This document shows positions 17,417 through 31,010 of a stretch of DNA of 64,000 bases, one piece after another. The stretch is from NCBI RefSeq assembly GCF_002105155.1, contig NW_019028997.1, positions 186,001-250,000 on the forward strand. The letters run 5' to 3'. A program made the translations under genes and the position numbers. Source of the DNA: Lobosporangium transversale. Its lineage: Eukaryota. Position 1 is the first letter of the stretch; every line of letters starts with the position of its first letter. The notes beneath the pieces were generated by a model. That model saw only the letters and a list, made by a program, of their open reading frames with translations, made no database searches and was not told the origin of the DNA.

Positions 17417-19542
17417 ATGGATAAAATTATTATCGTTGGAGCTGGGCTGGGTGGTTTACTCTTGGCCTTTTTACTCGAAAAGGCCTCTCTGGACTATCTA
17501 ATCCTAGAACGTATGACTACCTCAACAATGCCTCTTGAAGGTGGAGGCGTGATCCCCATCACATCTCAAATCCAACCGCTGCTCCAACAGCTCGGCCTAC
17601 TTGATGCATTGAAACAGCTTGCGAAACCAGTCAGTCATATCTCTGTTTATGAAGCTAACCAAGAGCAAAAAGGCAAAATCTTATGCAATAAGCTGGGCGC
17701 AATTGACAAGACCGTTTCGTTTTCGAGGTACTCAAATTGTTGGACCTCTTTTTTTTAAGTATGCAAATGTACTTGGCGTGAATAGCTTATCCAAAGCTTT
17801 TGCAGATATGGTTACTACACACTAGTTATCTCTAGGCCAGAACTGTATAACCACCTGGTGGGTCAACTTCCTAAGGAGAAACTGCTCTTTGGAAAACAAG
17901 TCGAAAACATTGTTATCAATAGCACTCGTGATTCAAAAGCAACCTGTGTTTGCACAGATGGTTCGAGCTATCAGGGAATCATCATTGGCGCAGATGGTGC
18001 ATATAGCAATGTGCGGTTGAGCCTCTATCGACAGTTGAAAGAATGCGGTAGACTACCTGCCCAAGATCATAAGCCATTGCAGTATCAGTATCGATCCCTT
18101 GTCGGAATGACTCAACCATTAGATCCAGATCGATTTCCTGTGGTCAAAGCAGAGTATTCTGAAATCCAAGTGCTGGTGTCGAAAGGTAGCAGACCCTTTT
18201 CGGTAAGACTTTTTTACTTTTTGTTTCTGCTGTGCTCTACGTGGTGTTCCATGCTCTACTCTGCTATGCTGCCTAGTCTAGTTTAGTTTAGTCTAAAATT
18301 AAAATTTTATCCATTTAGTGCTGGTGTGTCCCAATGACCAGGAACAGACTGTGCTGGTTGCTAGATGAGGAACTACCCGGGCCCATTGATTGCCCTGAGG
18401 TAGAAGACTGGAGTGATATGAAAGAGACCATTCAGATGACGTGCGAAAAGTTCCGCGCATTGCAGAGTCCCTTAGAGAACACTTTAATGGGTGAATTGTT
18501 TGATTTAACACCCGAAGGAACGATGCTCTCACTTCCACGCGAAGAGGGATTTCATTTTACATGGACACATGGCAAAATTGCACTCATGGGTGACGGTAAG
18601 CTGGTAAACAAACGAACAAACAAAAACAAACAAGCGTCTACCTGCGTATCGAACCCCCATTGATGTTGCAATGCATGGCTCGTCATTGACGGTTTTTCCT
18701 CTTTTTTTTTTTGACATGGAAGGTGATACTCAATTTGTCATTATATTTTGTATTTTGCTCATTTAAACCTTTTAAATACCGCTATTACGTACTTAAACCT
18801 TGACCGCTTCAACATGATAACGTTACTTTTTCGACTTGCTGACTTTTTCTACGTCGGCCCACAGCGTGTCATAAGGTTTGTAACGATGCCTCTATAAACT
18901 GGATCACCGAACTATGTTTTGGGTCCACTAAATGTACTTTTTTTTCCTTTTTATTTTTTTTTCCATTTAAAAAAAAAAAAAAAAAAACGTATTATATATA
19001 TATATATACATATATATATACTTACAATACACCCGTAAATATACATATATATATATTTATATATATATACATGTGTATATTTTTGCTTCCTAAAACGATG
19101 GATCCATGACATCGGGGTCGGGGTTTAATAACAATGACAGGCGTTGGTCTGTGGCGGTCAGCCGTTTGTACAGGCTGGATACGATGCCGTAAATTTGGCG
19201 AATCTATTTTACGCCTATTCTCGGTTGGTGGACCAAAATGCCTCTGATACCACCGCTTCTGGTGCTTTGACTGCAACCTCTTCATGTCCTTTAGAGGATC
19301 TTGCAGTCAGACTCCGATCCTACGAAAGCGACCGCCGATCTGATGCCCTGAAAGCTGTCCAAGGCTCTCATGTATTCGGAAAAATTATGAGTCGACAGGG
19401 CTGGACAGGAACGATGTTGCGGTATATATTCTTGAACTATGTACCCCAGTTTCTAGTCAATTCTATCATTGGCGATCGATTGAACAGCGATCGAGCTCAA
19501 GCATGCTTTTTACCCAGTGTTACTATGACCAATCTAGACTGA
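17417..19542 (+). CDS. FAD-dependent monooxygenase (FAD_binding_3 type)
   Basis: IIIVGAGLGGL (GxGxxG), IGADGAYS, and ALMGD-ACHK joined through a micro-exon. Multi-exon. Confidence 0.9.
18991..19080. repeat. Imperfect intronic (TA)n microsatellite
   Basis: Repeated tatatata runs inside an intron of the first monooxygenase. Confidence 0.7.
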
Positions 19543-20924
19543 AATTACTTGCATACATAGAATAGCCCTCACGTAGTTTATTTCAAGCTTCAACAGTTAC
19601 CGCCGCATTCAAACGAAAAGCAAGTATGGATTCAGCTTTCATTTTGCCCCGCAATGATTCATGAACAAATATGGTGAAAAAAGTGACATGTTTTCTTTGA
19701 AGGCTAAACCTAATGCAAAGATCAAACGTTTGTGTAGCAACATGTTTCTTCGGCTGACTGATTGTTTATTAGACGTTTGAGAAACAAGCACAATGAGCTC
19801 ATACCCGATGTATCCATAATTTACAATGGAAGCAAAGGAAAAAGGTTATGAGACCCTGCAAGCCAAACAATAGGACCATAAATGTTGTCAACAAATTGAA
19901 AGTTTGTTGTTTTATATTTTTGTGTGGGTCCATGTTTCGAGTGGGTTTGGGGATGAGAAAGAAATAGAAAAAGAAGAGAAGAAGAAGAAGGAAAAGATTA
20001 AAAGCAAGAGTAATTACAAAGGAACAAAAGAAGAGCAAGAGAGCAGGGGTAAAAGTTGCAATGGTTTTAACCTGGAGGCAAGTTGATAGGTTCAATAGAA
20101 GGATATCCTCAAACGTGGACCGGGTTTATGCAATATATATCGTAGAAATCATTCAATGCTCAGATGCATCGATCGATGTGTAATAAAATATATATATATA
20201 TATTATATGTATATATATATGATGGGGTTCAAGTTCAATTAATAAATAATAAAAAAAGAAAGGCGTAAGTAAAGGTAGCGTTGCATAGGCATGGCATATT
20301 TTTACTTGCACATGGTACCTGAATAAATATACAATACATGAATATCCTTTTCCCATCATCAATAATGTTTTTAAAACCATTCCTGTTATTTTTATGATTC
20401 TAACCATTTTATGTAAAGAATAATGTACTACTATTAAAGAAAAGCGGCAATTTGCGGATCGTCTGTTTTTCAGGGCCTATTTTGGTACACATGGCAAACA
20501 AAAACCACACCAAAATGGCAATTAGGGCAATAAGAATATTAAAACCAGAAAGTCTGTCCTTTTCCTTTTTTCCTTTTTTTCTCTTCTCTTCAACTTGTCC
20601 TTATTCTTCATTGTTCTTTGGTCTTTTTGATTTTGTTGGTTTTTTTTTTTTTTGTACATTTGCAGATCCATTAGTTCTTTCATTTGCCGAATCTTCGCCC
20701 AGCTGTCGTTTACACATCAATCTTTGTATTTATCTTTTATTTAATTGAACAATCCCCCGTGGCCTTCATTTACGTCTATTATTCTTTCAAAGACAATCTA
20801 TCCTCTCACTTTCACTCACTTTCACTCACTTTCACCACCTTCACTGCTATAGTCTCTCACACGCAGTAACACTCCATACGGAACACTTCCTCAGACTTTC
20901 TCTTTTTTCGTTTCGTTCACAATA

Positions 20925-23605
20925 ATGACCCCTCCTCCTCCTGGTTTGCGTGTCATCATTGTTGGAGGTGGTTTAGCTGGTCTAGTCATGGGGATCATGC
21001 TCGATCAGGCTGGGATCGACTATCATATCCTGGAGCAGGCCTCAAGACTTCGTCCACTTGGCACCTCCATTTCACTCCACCCCGTCATCATGGATCTGAT
21101 GGCTCAGCTTGGTTTGCTCGAAGATATGCAGAAAATGTCTAAACCACTCAGAGGTATTTCCGTTCTCTCTGCCAATGGTCGCAAAATGGGACGCATTGAC
21201 ACTCGAACCAACAAACGAAGGTTAGATCCATTCCCGCCTTCTAATTCTCTCTTTTGATCATGACTGTTTATAATACATTCTAAAACTTTTTTTTTTTTTT
21301 TTGGACTTTTAGGCATCACCATCAAGCGATGGTAATGAGCAGGTTAGTGCGTTGTTAAGGTGATGTGCCAATATAATAACGAATGTTTCATCAATACTCA
21401 ACCTAAATCTTTATCATCGTGTTTTTAAAAAATAGACCAGATCTGCACGAATATCTCCTTTCAAAAATCCCGCCTGGGAAGCTGACAACAGGCAAGCGCG
21501 TTATCGATATTACTGAAACCCAGCAAGATGTCACAGTGACCTGCATGGACGAGACGACTTATGTGGGTCATATTGTCGTCGGAGCAGACGGCGCTTACAG
21601 CGCAACCCGCCAGATTATGTACAAGAAACTGAAAGAGCGTGGGATTTTGCCAGAGTCTGACACCAAGCCATTACACTTTGATAAACAATGCGTCGTAGGT
21701 AAGTCCATCCACTCCTATCTTGAACAAAAAAAAAAAAAAAAAAAACTTTGACAATGTGGATTAAGATAATCAGCCCACGTTCTTCGGTTTATTTGCTGTA
21801 CATGAGCAATAATAGTTACAATACTAATAATAATAATAATTTGTACCATCTTCTTGTCTAATAACGATGTTTCTGATTTGCAATCGGATCGATATTCTTA
21901 ACTGTTGATATTTATTTATTTGTCTGAATGCCAAGGCATGACATCTCCACTCGACCCTGCAAAGTATCCAGTGCTCTTGGATGACTCGTGCGAAGTCAAA
22001 GTCCTACTTGGCAAGGATCAACATACTTCTGTAAGTAAATACTCCAAAGCTCCTGCTCTAACTTTCTAACGCACGCGCCCTGCACACCAACATGCACTGT
22101 GTCAACATTTGCTGCCTACATTCTGTACTTCAGCTCAAAACCTTTTTGCATTCGGATATGCTCAAACAGGTCCCTCCTCCGTACAGCACGTGCACTCATA
22201 CACATCCTACACCTTCTTACATACACCCCACACAAGCTGCTTCGTTCTTGATGTGTTGTACTCTCCTTCCCTTCCTCCCTTACTCCCCATTCTTTCCATT
22301 CTTTTCCTTTCTTTCCCTCCTTCTTTTCCCTCCTTCCTCTTTCTTTCCTTAATCCTCCGCTTCGTCTACCTCACGTTGCAGCGCATAAAGAAATGCTTCT
22401 CAAATCTATGCTGGAGTATGGGGATGAGTTTCCTCCGTAGAGCTGAGGTTGAATAATAACAAATTCAGTTCTTCGTAACCACATGCGCCGATGAGAAACT
22501 TAGGTCTATAATCTCTCGCATGTTCTATGTCTCTAACCTTAACAACATGCATTCCTTTTCCTTTATTAAACTATAATCATAAATTTAAATTGGGATGTTT
22601 TCTGTCCCATACAAGATGTGGATCTTACCATTACAAGGAAACAGACTGGCCTGGTGTGTAGGCGGTCCAGACCCTCATTTGATTCAGAATGACGATGGGG
22701 ACCATAGTAGTCATGGAAGTGGCTCTCGAAGCGGTCGCGACTGGTATCCCGAGACAGCAGTTGAAATTTGCGAGGATGTCCGTAATTTCAAATGTCCATA
22801 CGGTGGATCAGTCATGGACTTGATTGAGTCTACGCCCAAGGGCCTAGTTTCGAAAGTTCTCTTGGAAGAGAAGATGTACCGCACTTGGTACAACGGTCGC
22901 GTAGTCCTTGTTGGTGATGGTAAGTTTTCTCCAACAACATGGAAGCAGGAAAAAAAAAAAAAAAAAAAAAAAAATCAGTATCCATCGTCACCTAATGATA
23001 GTTGTTTATTACTGACTATTTGTCTTTTTTTTTTTTGCTGTCCCATTGTCATTATATACATTTTCTAGCTTGTCATAAGGTAACAAAATGAAAAACATAT
23101 AATCAAAGTTAATGTATGTTTGTAGTAGATATTATCAATTAATACGTCCTCTTTCCATTCATAATATCCTTCCCTACCAGATCGTTCCTTTCTTTGGCCA
23201 AGGCGCATCACAAGCAATCCTTGACTGTGCTTGCCTGGTTAACATGTTCTATGACCTTACCTCCAACACCACGTCGAGTTTTACTACGATTTTTCAGCGA
23301 TATGTTGATATGCGGGCCGAGACTGCCAAGGTCGCCTCGGATAGTTCACGAGAGTTTGCGGATCTCATTTACGAACAGGTAAATCATAAATATCCTCTAT
23401 AAAATGGTCAAAAAATGGAGATATGGAATTACTTATTAATATGTGGACCGTCTTAATGAATCCTTGAATTAAACAGGGCTTCAAAGCGGATGTCGCACGA
23501 AACATTGTGCTGCGTTTTACGCCAACTTGGTTACTACGCATGATTACCGGCACTATCAATTCCAATCGTCCCAATCTCAAGTTTTTGCCTCTTCCCAAGC
23601 ACTAA
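20925..23605 (+). CDS. FAD-dependent monooxygenase, tandem paralog
   Basis: IIVGGGLAGL, VGADGAYS, GRVVLVGD-ACHK-IVPFFGQGASQAILD. Stop TAA at 23603-23605. Confidence 0.9.
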
Positions 23606-23937
23606 CATCTCATGACTTAAGGCATACGAACAATTATAATCATCATTTATTTATTTATTTTTTTTAAAGAAAAAAAAAAAGGACTTCACCTTTTTTTAAA
23701 TATTTTCATGTCACAATCGTTCATATTTTCTCTAACTCGTACATAACATAGACTTTTCCTTTAATTCTCATCCATTGTTACGCCCATCTATATGATAATA
23801 TCTAGCATTTTAAATAAATTTATGAAATAGCATCGTAAAAAAAATTGCAATCGTTATCTGCCTTGAGCCCTTGATGGATGTATAGCAACTGGAATGCGTC
23901 GATAACTTTTTTTGATAACAAAAAAACTTTTTTCCCT

Positions 23938-25997
23938 TTTTTTTTTATAACAAGGGCCCTCGGGGGCATGGCATTTATTTTCTACTCTTATGAACAAAAT
24001 ACCCCAGAAACTATAGTCAATAAACAGTTATTACTGCACAAACGGCGAGAGCCGCTGCATCCATGATTTCATAAACCTTGACCGCCATGATTGGTACTCA
24101 AAGTCCGCCTTTCCGACATGGCCTTTTGCGCAACGCGACAAATTATCCGCCATCCATAGTTACCAAAAACTTCATTCCACCTAGCCGCTCCATCCTGTTC
24201 AGTTTGGTTTTCCCAAGGTAACTGTCCTGGACTTGGTCATCCGCAATTTTGTAGATCTCTCTCACATTCAGTTTCCGTCTCTGTCTGAGGGAAGGGTCGA
24301 AGAAATCATTGCTACTACGTCTGTGCTTCCCAACACAGTTGCGTCCTCTGGCGCGTTTGCTCATAGCAGTGATTCCACGAGCCTTTTCCCATTCAACGGT
24401 GGCTTTACACCGTTTATCCCAGATTCTGTATGACCGAATTCTTCTATGGCCTTGACGAAGCGCCCTGCCATGTATGTAGCTATCCTTGTTGTTGTCTTGA
24501 AGCCAGCTTTCCAACTCTGAGCAATGGACTTGGGCGTAAGTCCATGGTAAAGGTCCTGCACAGACCAATCTGGTCTGTGCCCCATCTCTTCCTCGTCCTC
24601 ATCATCGCCATTCCTATCACCATGACATCGTACTTCTCGCACACCATCGATATGTATCTCTAGAGTTCCCCAAATGTAGTCCTCTGCCGCAGTAAAAGTT
24701 GGCTCTTTTATCCTTGGCCTACACCTCTCTCTCTTGCCCTTTGTGCTTGCTCCTGTACCACTTTCAACTCTTTCCTCCATGTCCTCTCCCCTATCACATT
24801 CACATTTCGGATTATCTCCTTCCACTTCTCGGCCTGAGTCTCCATCGTCCTTGGACATCCCCAGATGTGCGATGTCTCTTCTTCCCCTGTCCCGCACACT
24901 CTGCAGCTGCCGTCTTCATAAAGATCTGGTCTCCAGTGTCTCGCATATAATTGTGTAGGCAGGACTCCATGGAGTTTTTTGATCCTGTGCGCTCGCTTTT
25001 GGCAGTTCACTGGGCTGGTGAAGAGTCCTTTTGGTAGGTTGCTATCATGAACAATGTTCATAGTGCCCCGCCAATCGATTTTTGTCCAACCCTTAACATG
25101 CTCCTGCGTCCTGTTCTGAGCGATCCAAATGTAATGTATGCGAGTTGTTGACTGTAACTTAAGGATCTGCCTTCAGTCATCTTCCGCCGGTACACCGTTG
25201 AACTTTGCATGCCAGGATGCTCTGTTATGTTGATATCCCATAGCTCGCCATAATGTCCATGTTTTGCTGCTTCGTTCGCTTCTTCGTTCCCTCTATTGCC
25301 GGCATGTCCTTGACCCACTCAACCGTGACTTTCGATCCTTGTTGAATAAATGCGTTGTGTATAGCTGCCCACCATACTGCATACGGTGATCTAATACGTT
25401 GCCGCAACGTGCTGTCCACTCTGCCTCGGACCAATGCTCGGAATTGAGTCACAACTGTGCTGTTATCAAATCGGATTGTCATAGGTCTGTTTCGTGGGCT
25501 GATAAGTATTCCTGCCAATAAACCAGCTAGCTCTGCCTTTGTCGAGGATGCGTTGCCTGCTAATCTACCAGATAGCGCAGTGTAAAAATCGCCCTCTTGT
25601 GTCTGGACTACTACACCGAATGCCATATTTACTCTTTCAGTGCCAATGTCTTTGAGAGATCAATCCGTATAAATGACATTACCCGACTAGGTATTGTACC
25701 GTTCCCTTTGGCGTTGGATATTCTGCACTAATGATAACTCCATTTGTGTCCCTGGCTAGGCCTCTGTTGACTTCAGGAATCGCTTTTAAGCACAGTGTCC
25801 CGTTGGAATCCAGGTCAACTTTTGCTCTCCTTAACAGAGCATGCTCGCTCAAGCCCTCATATCTCCTTGTGTTCTGGGTTTTTTTTTTTTTTTTTTGATA
25901 ACAAGGACCCACGAGGTCATGTATCTCCTTGTGTTCTGGGTCCGGCGTCTCCTTGCTTCTTCACGGAAAAAAAGTAAAGAAATCTCAGTCCTTCCGA
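23938..25997 (-). mobile_element. 5'-truncated, frameshifted LINE related to the element at 45455-53681 (RNase H and C-terminus)
   Basis: ORF pieces ASSTKAEL, WVK, GHAGNRGN, CQKRAHRIKKLHG and CRVC...HIWGC match the ORF2 C-terminus at 45727-47300. A poly-T tail plus ATAACAAGG lies at 23938. Confidence 0.9.
25880..25921 (-). mobile_element. Ultra-short LINE 3'-end insertion (about 25 nt plus poly-A) with a 20-bp TSD
   Basis: T(n)GATAACAAGGACCCACGAGGTCATG is identical to the 3' end of the full LINE (45482 onward). It is flanked by TATCTCCTTGTGTTCTGGGT at 25860-25879 and 25922-25941. Confidence 0.9.
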
Positions 25998-26160
25998 TTT
26001 TTTTTTTTTTTTTTTTTTTTTTTTTGATAACTGGGGCCCACGAAGTTGTGAGGATTTATTAGAAATAGACTCTATAAATTTTCTACCGGCCGTTCCTAAG
26101 CTTTACGGCTACGCCAAGGGTTCGCACATCTGACTAAGTGTATCCGGTGAGTCACGTGGG
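25998..26160 (-). mobile_element. Short LINE 3'-end fragment of a related subfamily
   Basis: Poly-T followed by GATAAC...CCCACGA...GGATTTATT...CTCTATAAAT, similar to 45482-45537. The 5' boundary is approximate. Confidence 0.7.
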
Positions 26161-26206
26161 TCTCTGGTATTGGATTTATATATTATTAGTTACCCGTAGT
26201 TTATAT

Positions 26207-26289
26207 GGAGAGATGGCCGAGTTGGTCTAAGGCGCCGCGTTAAGGCCGCGGTCTATTCGTAGGCGTGGGTTCGAATCCCACTCTCTTCA
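26207..26289 (+). tRNA. tRNA-Leu(AAG)
   Basis: Acceptor stem GGAGAGA/TCTCTTC, anticodon arm CCGCG-TT AAG GC-CGCGG, long variable arm, T arm GTGGG-TTCGAAT-CCCAC. Confidence 0.95.
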
Positions 26290-26376
26290 CCATTTTATTG
26301 CCCTTTATTTGCACGGTGCAGTGATCCAAGCTGGAGGGTTATTATTTGAACAAGCACATTGCTGGTTCATTTTTTA

Positions 26377-27093
26377 GGATTAATCTATTTGGCAGCCCAT
26401 ACCAAATATAGTAATTTTTGCCTCTATTTGGCAGCCTACTTCTGGGGGCTGCCACTTAACTTCGCACTCTTGGGTGGCAGCTGAGCTGCCAAATACATTA
26501 CTTTTTCTTTTTTTTTTTCTTTTTTTTTTTCTTTTTTTTTTTTGATAACAGGGTCATAACATCAGTGGTAAAACAGGCAGCGTTCTGTGGATACATTGCC
26601 TTGCACAGCTAATGCCACCGGAGGTACTAAGGGCAGCGGCGATGACATCTTCACAAAACAGCCTTCAATGTACACGGTTAGGGAATGATTTATTGAAGAC
26701 GTCTAGGTAGCAGGTGAGACGCGTTTGCTCCGAGCGAAAACCTCTCATAGGCATTGATCTCCAAATGGCACCTCCAAAACTGTATGAGCGACCTACTTGA
26801 AAAAAAAAAGTCATTAGTTTTCAATGAGACAAGACAATGTCACTACACATAACTATGACGTAGAAGACGGGAGCTTTATTAATTTGAAGTACGAGCGTTA
26901 TATACATATACGGTTCCTAGGAATGAAAAAAAAAAAAAATAGTTAGAGGCCAAATAACGCTGGGTAGGCTGCCAAGTAAATAATGAATGTTATTTGGCAA
27001 CTGGGCTGCCAAAGAGAGTCTTGAAAGTTGACTATATTTGGCAATGGGCTGCCAAATAATATTCGGCAACTAGGCTGCCAAATAGATTAATCC
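26377..27093. mobile_element. Non-autonomous Mutator-like element (MITE) with a 9-bp TSD
   Basis: TIRs GGATTAATCTATTTGGCAGCC (26377) and GGCTGCCAAATAGATTAATCC (ending 27093). TSD CATTTTTTA at 26368-26376 and 27094-27102. Many subterminal ATTTGGCA repeats. Confidence 0.85.
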
Positions 27094-27673
27094 CATTTTT
27101 TAAGCATCCTTGTTAAAATTTAGATGGTTATTTGTACGACCCCCGTGCACACCTTGTTTGCACTGCACGAGGTCTTTATTTCATCTATAAGCGGCAACGT
27201 GTATCCTACACACTACATTCTAGCTTTTTATTTCGAAGGAAATAAGCGAAGTTGAGTCTAGAGTAGAGAGGAGTCTTGAGTTATTACTGTTGGAAGTTGC
27301 AGCGCCGTGGGAGCTGTGATACTCATCGCGCTCTGTTGTATATTCCACAGTATGTAATATTATGATGACCAAGTTAGGAAAAATACTGAGTAAAAAACAC
27401 TAATTCACTAAAAAGATTAGCAGTAGAAATTAGTGGCAATAACGCGTTACACATAGACGCGATAAATCTTTGATATGAATTTTTTAGAACGAATCGATGT
27501 CATCTTACAGATAGATACGGAGTTATCTAGTTCAGGCCCCTCTACCAGAAAATGAATAAATACCCCATGGGTGTGGTGTGTGCACCCATATCTTATTCTC
27601 ACTTACTTTTCTACTGTTTACTATCTATCTACAAAATATTATTCACGCTCTATTCCGCTCTGCAGTCACCCGA
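26525..27673. repeat. Left arm of a ~1.15-kb near-perfect inverted duplication (partner 42715-43863)
   Basis: Reads as the reverse complement of 42715-43863 by eye, from T(n)GATAACAGGGTC to CAGTCACCCGA. Confidence 0.95.
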
Positions 27674-28044
27674 AAGGAAGTCTGGTCAAAGTGGGCTATT
27701 TATTTTTTTTTATTTTGAATCTCTGACAAACAGCTCATTTACGATATACAAAAATACTTCAACAAGCAAGATGGAAATTTACGTATTTATTAATGAGACC
27801 AATGTGGATTATCACTGAAGCTTTTGGGCAGTTTATGCCGAGGGGAAACGGCGAAAAATAGGATTGAAGACAGTGCTTTTCTTCAAAATTTTATTTTTTT
27901 GGCCAACCTTTGATTGTATAATATGAAGCTAGTCCTAAATACAGTAAGCATCTACATGTACTGCTGAGTATGCGACACTGCGTGCTACAGACGACCCAGG
28001 GCATCAAAAGGTAAATGATCTGTCGGGTTACAAATGCGTGAGGG

Positions 28045-28480
28045 TATACATTCCACAAAATAAACTGAGGTTTGATAAACAAAATTTAGTGCCGAGGGCG
28101 CTTGAGCTCTCAATAAAGAAGGACAGAGATAAAGACATAGAAGAAAGAGAAAGAAAGAGAGTAATAACACGCCACGCTATGCATCGTAGCAATGACTATG
28201 ATAGTATGATAGTATGATTGTTTGTATATCTACCGAAGCAAACTACACATTAGAGGACCCTAATTACTGAGCTCATCGTTGTGTGCCTAATAGCGCACGG
28301 GAACACCAGAGATGTATGCACGCGCTAAATGAAAGAAAGCATCGGGGAACCATCCACAATCTATAACAACACGACCAACAAAAGTGCAAAGTAAAGCGGC
28401 ATAGTATATGTCAATTATAGGGATCGTTTGTAATTCTTTATTTAGTCCCAGAATCCCATAAAGAATATCAACATCTATTC
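28045..28480 (+). repeat. Diverged copy of internal sequence of the MITE at 43864-45024
   Basis: Collinear similarity with ~44335-44730 (TTCCACAAAATAA, GTATATCTACCGAA, GCATCGGGGAACCATCC, AAAGTGCAAAGTAAAG). Also 27172-27320 resembles 44020-44140. Confidence 0.75.
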
Positions 28481-29564
28481 TATGATAGAAAAGAGACAAA
28501 ATACTCTTTTCTGTTACGCTAATAAAGACCTTCATTTTTGTCTCGTAACGTTCCAAATTATTATTACATTCAATCAGGGTTGATTTTTCACCAATAAAAT
28601 AGCCAGAACCCTATTCAGCAGCACGCATAGGTGCTCGCTGCACCTAGGGACTAGCTTCATATTATAGTATATGTAGCCTATAAAAGGCCTGCCACTAGCT
28701 GTTGCACATTTGTTATCTAAAAAAAAGGTCCTCTTCTAACTTAATGAAATATATTAACTGGCCACCTTGATCACTTCAAAGCTACAGCTGGTGAATGCAG
28801 AACCTGTTCTCAATGGATCACTCAGTACTCACTCCACATGCTTATAACATGGGGACACAAAACTGACCCAAGCTACTCTCTAATAAAACATCAGGATATT
28901 TTATGCTCTTTGGACAAAAAAATCCCAACGAGAGTTTACGTCTTTTCTCACTCATTTTCCCTCACCATTGTCCGGTACAAACTTTCCACGCAGCATCAGC
29001 TAAATCACAGTTATAAAAGCCTTCATTGGGAGTCGTATTAATTTTGGTGGAGGTTGGTGCTGGGAAGCACAAACAAATATGTATGCACTCATACCACAAA
29101 ACAGGTCCCCGTAAAGGAACGCAACAAAATGTGCAATGCTGATTTCATACCCCCACAAAGAAACGCATGCTCACCACATGATCAATGTGACAACGTTTTT
29201 TTAGAATTAATCTATAATGGATTATGATGCCAAATCCAGCCCTTTTTCCATTTAAGGGTATTATGTTTCATGTCTGTACGTACAAGACATGTGTCCGTTT
29301 TGTGGCTTTTACTCCGACACTTGTCCTGAAATTTGAATTGACATCAAATCCATCGAAATTTTAACAATGTCATCATGGCATGCTAAAGATCTCTTTCTTT
29401 CTTCTTTATTTCACGCCTTCATTCCTCCATACATTCATATACACAATAAAACAATAAAACCTACAATACACAGAGTAGACTTGCCCTCTCCCCTGACTAA
29501 AACTGAGAAAAATAACGGCACATTCGCATTTTCAAAGGTTCATTCCTGCTTGCTCACTTTCAAA

Positions 29565-30974
29565 ATGACAAACAACAACGAAAAGATTTTATCCAATTTC
29601 ACCTGCATGGATTTGGAACAAAGCACCAGTCAGACGAAGCCAACCAAGTCAAGTACTCGCACTGGATCCACTCGTGCAGCACCGAGGAGAAAAAGAGTTA
29701 TTCTGACTGACGAAACGACTCCAGAGCCTTCACCAGTGGCACAGACTGCTAGAGTTAGTGCAAAGTCTTTTAAGCGCCCTAGGCGTTGTGAGGCTGATTC
29801 TTTATCCTCAAATGTCCTTCACTCCGGTCCATTGACAGAAGAAGAGCTGGCCCTGGCGAACGCACGGAAGGAGTCGGCGAGAAGTGTGCTGCAGATGATT
29901 TTAGATGATCCAGATTCATCGACGACAGTGAATCAATATAAGACACAGCTCCGGCTGTGGGAGGTATGTTGGATCATCAAAATGTCGCTATGAGCTATCT
30001 CAGACAGGCTATCAAACTAGACGACTTGGCTAATTCTCTTTTTTGTTTTTAGCAATACTGCAATGAAAATTATCAAGGTGACTGTAGCGTCGATGCGAAA
30101 CGCATGCTTGAATACTTCACAACGGTTGTCTTCAAGCGAACAGTAAAGCGATTGATCGGCACAGATCGTTGCTACCGTGGCGCTATTGGGTATGCCCAGC
30201 AGGGTGGAGGAGATTCTTCGAATTCTCAGGCTGGGGAAGACGCAGTCTATGAGGGAGAAGAGATCGACGAATTAGTCGAGGCAGATATCGACGAACATGA
30301 ACTAAGCGACATGGAGCAGAGACTGGAGACATTAGATAACAGCGAGCAAGTTGATGACGACGACGGCCAAAGCATAGACCAAGGTCAACAACAGGGACAG
30401 GGTCAGGGACAGGGTCAGGAACAGGATCAGGAACGGAGACAGGGTCAGGGACAGGGACAGGAACAAGGACAGGAACAGGAACAGGATGAAGATCTGGAGC
30501 TTCAGCTGAGGTCATTGGCACAGAGAGGTAAGAAGGCTCCTCCCTCCTGGGATAATATGGAGCCACCTGAAGGAGTCGACCCACATCAATGGCAGATTGA
30601 TATAGCATTGAATGATGAGGAGCGAGCATCACATGAAGCTGTAACTGTTGGGGGTTCAAGCAAGAACATCACGCCGAAGCGGAAGACTGCAGCCGTTATC
30701 AGGACTGAAAATGAAAGAGAACAAGGTATGTAAAGATAACCATGTATTAATATATAAATTGTTATACAGTACTGGGATCCAAACCTTTGGGAAGGCTCCG
30801 CCATCACGCGTACCCCAGGTGACAAGACACCATGGCCGCAACTCAGTGTTAATTATCAATATAAATAGCCTACTAAATTATGACTTAATAAACCATTCCT
30901 TAATCCTGCATCCACCTTAATGTATCTTTGATTGTTACAATTTACACTAATGGTTGATACTTTTTATTATACAA

Positions 30975-31010
<36 letters not shown>

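Noticed and set aside
26377..27093. Short repeated ATTTGGCAGC motifs as a CRISPR-like array (also 34020-34750 and 43864-45024)
   Set aside because: Irregular spacing, both orientations and clustering near TIRs make these transposon subterminal repeats. The context is eukaryotic and there are no cas genes.
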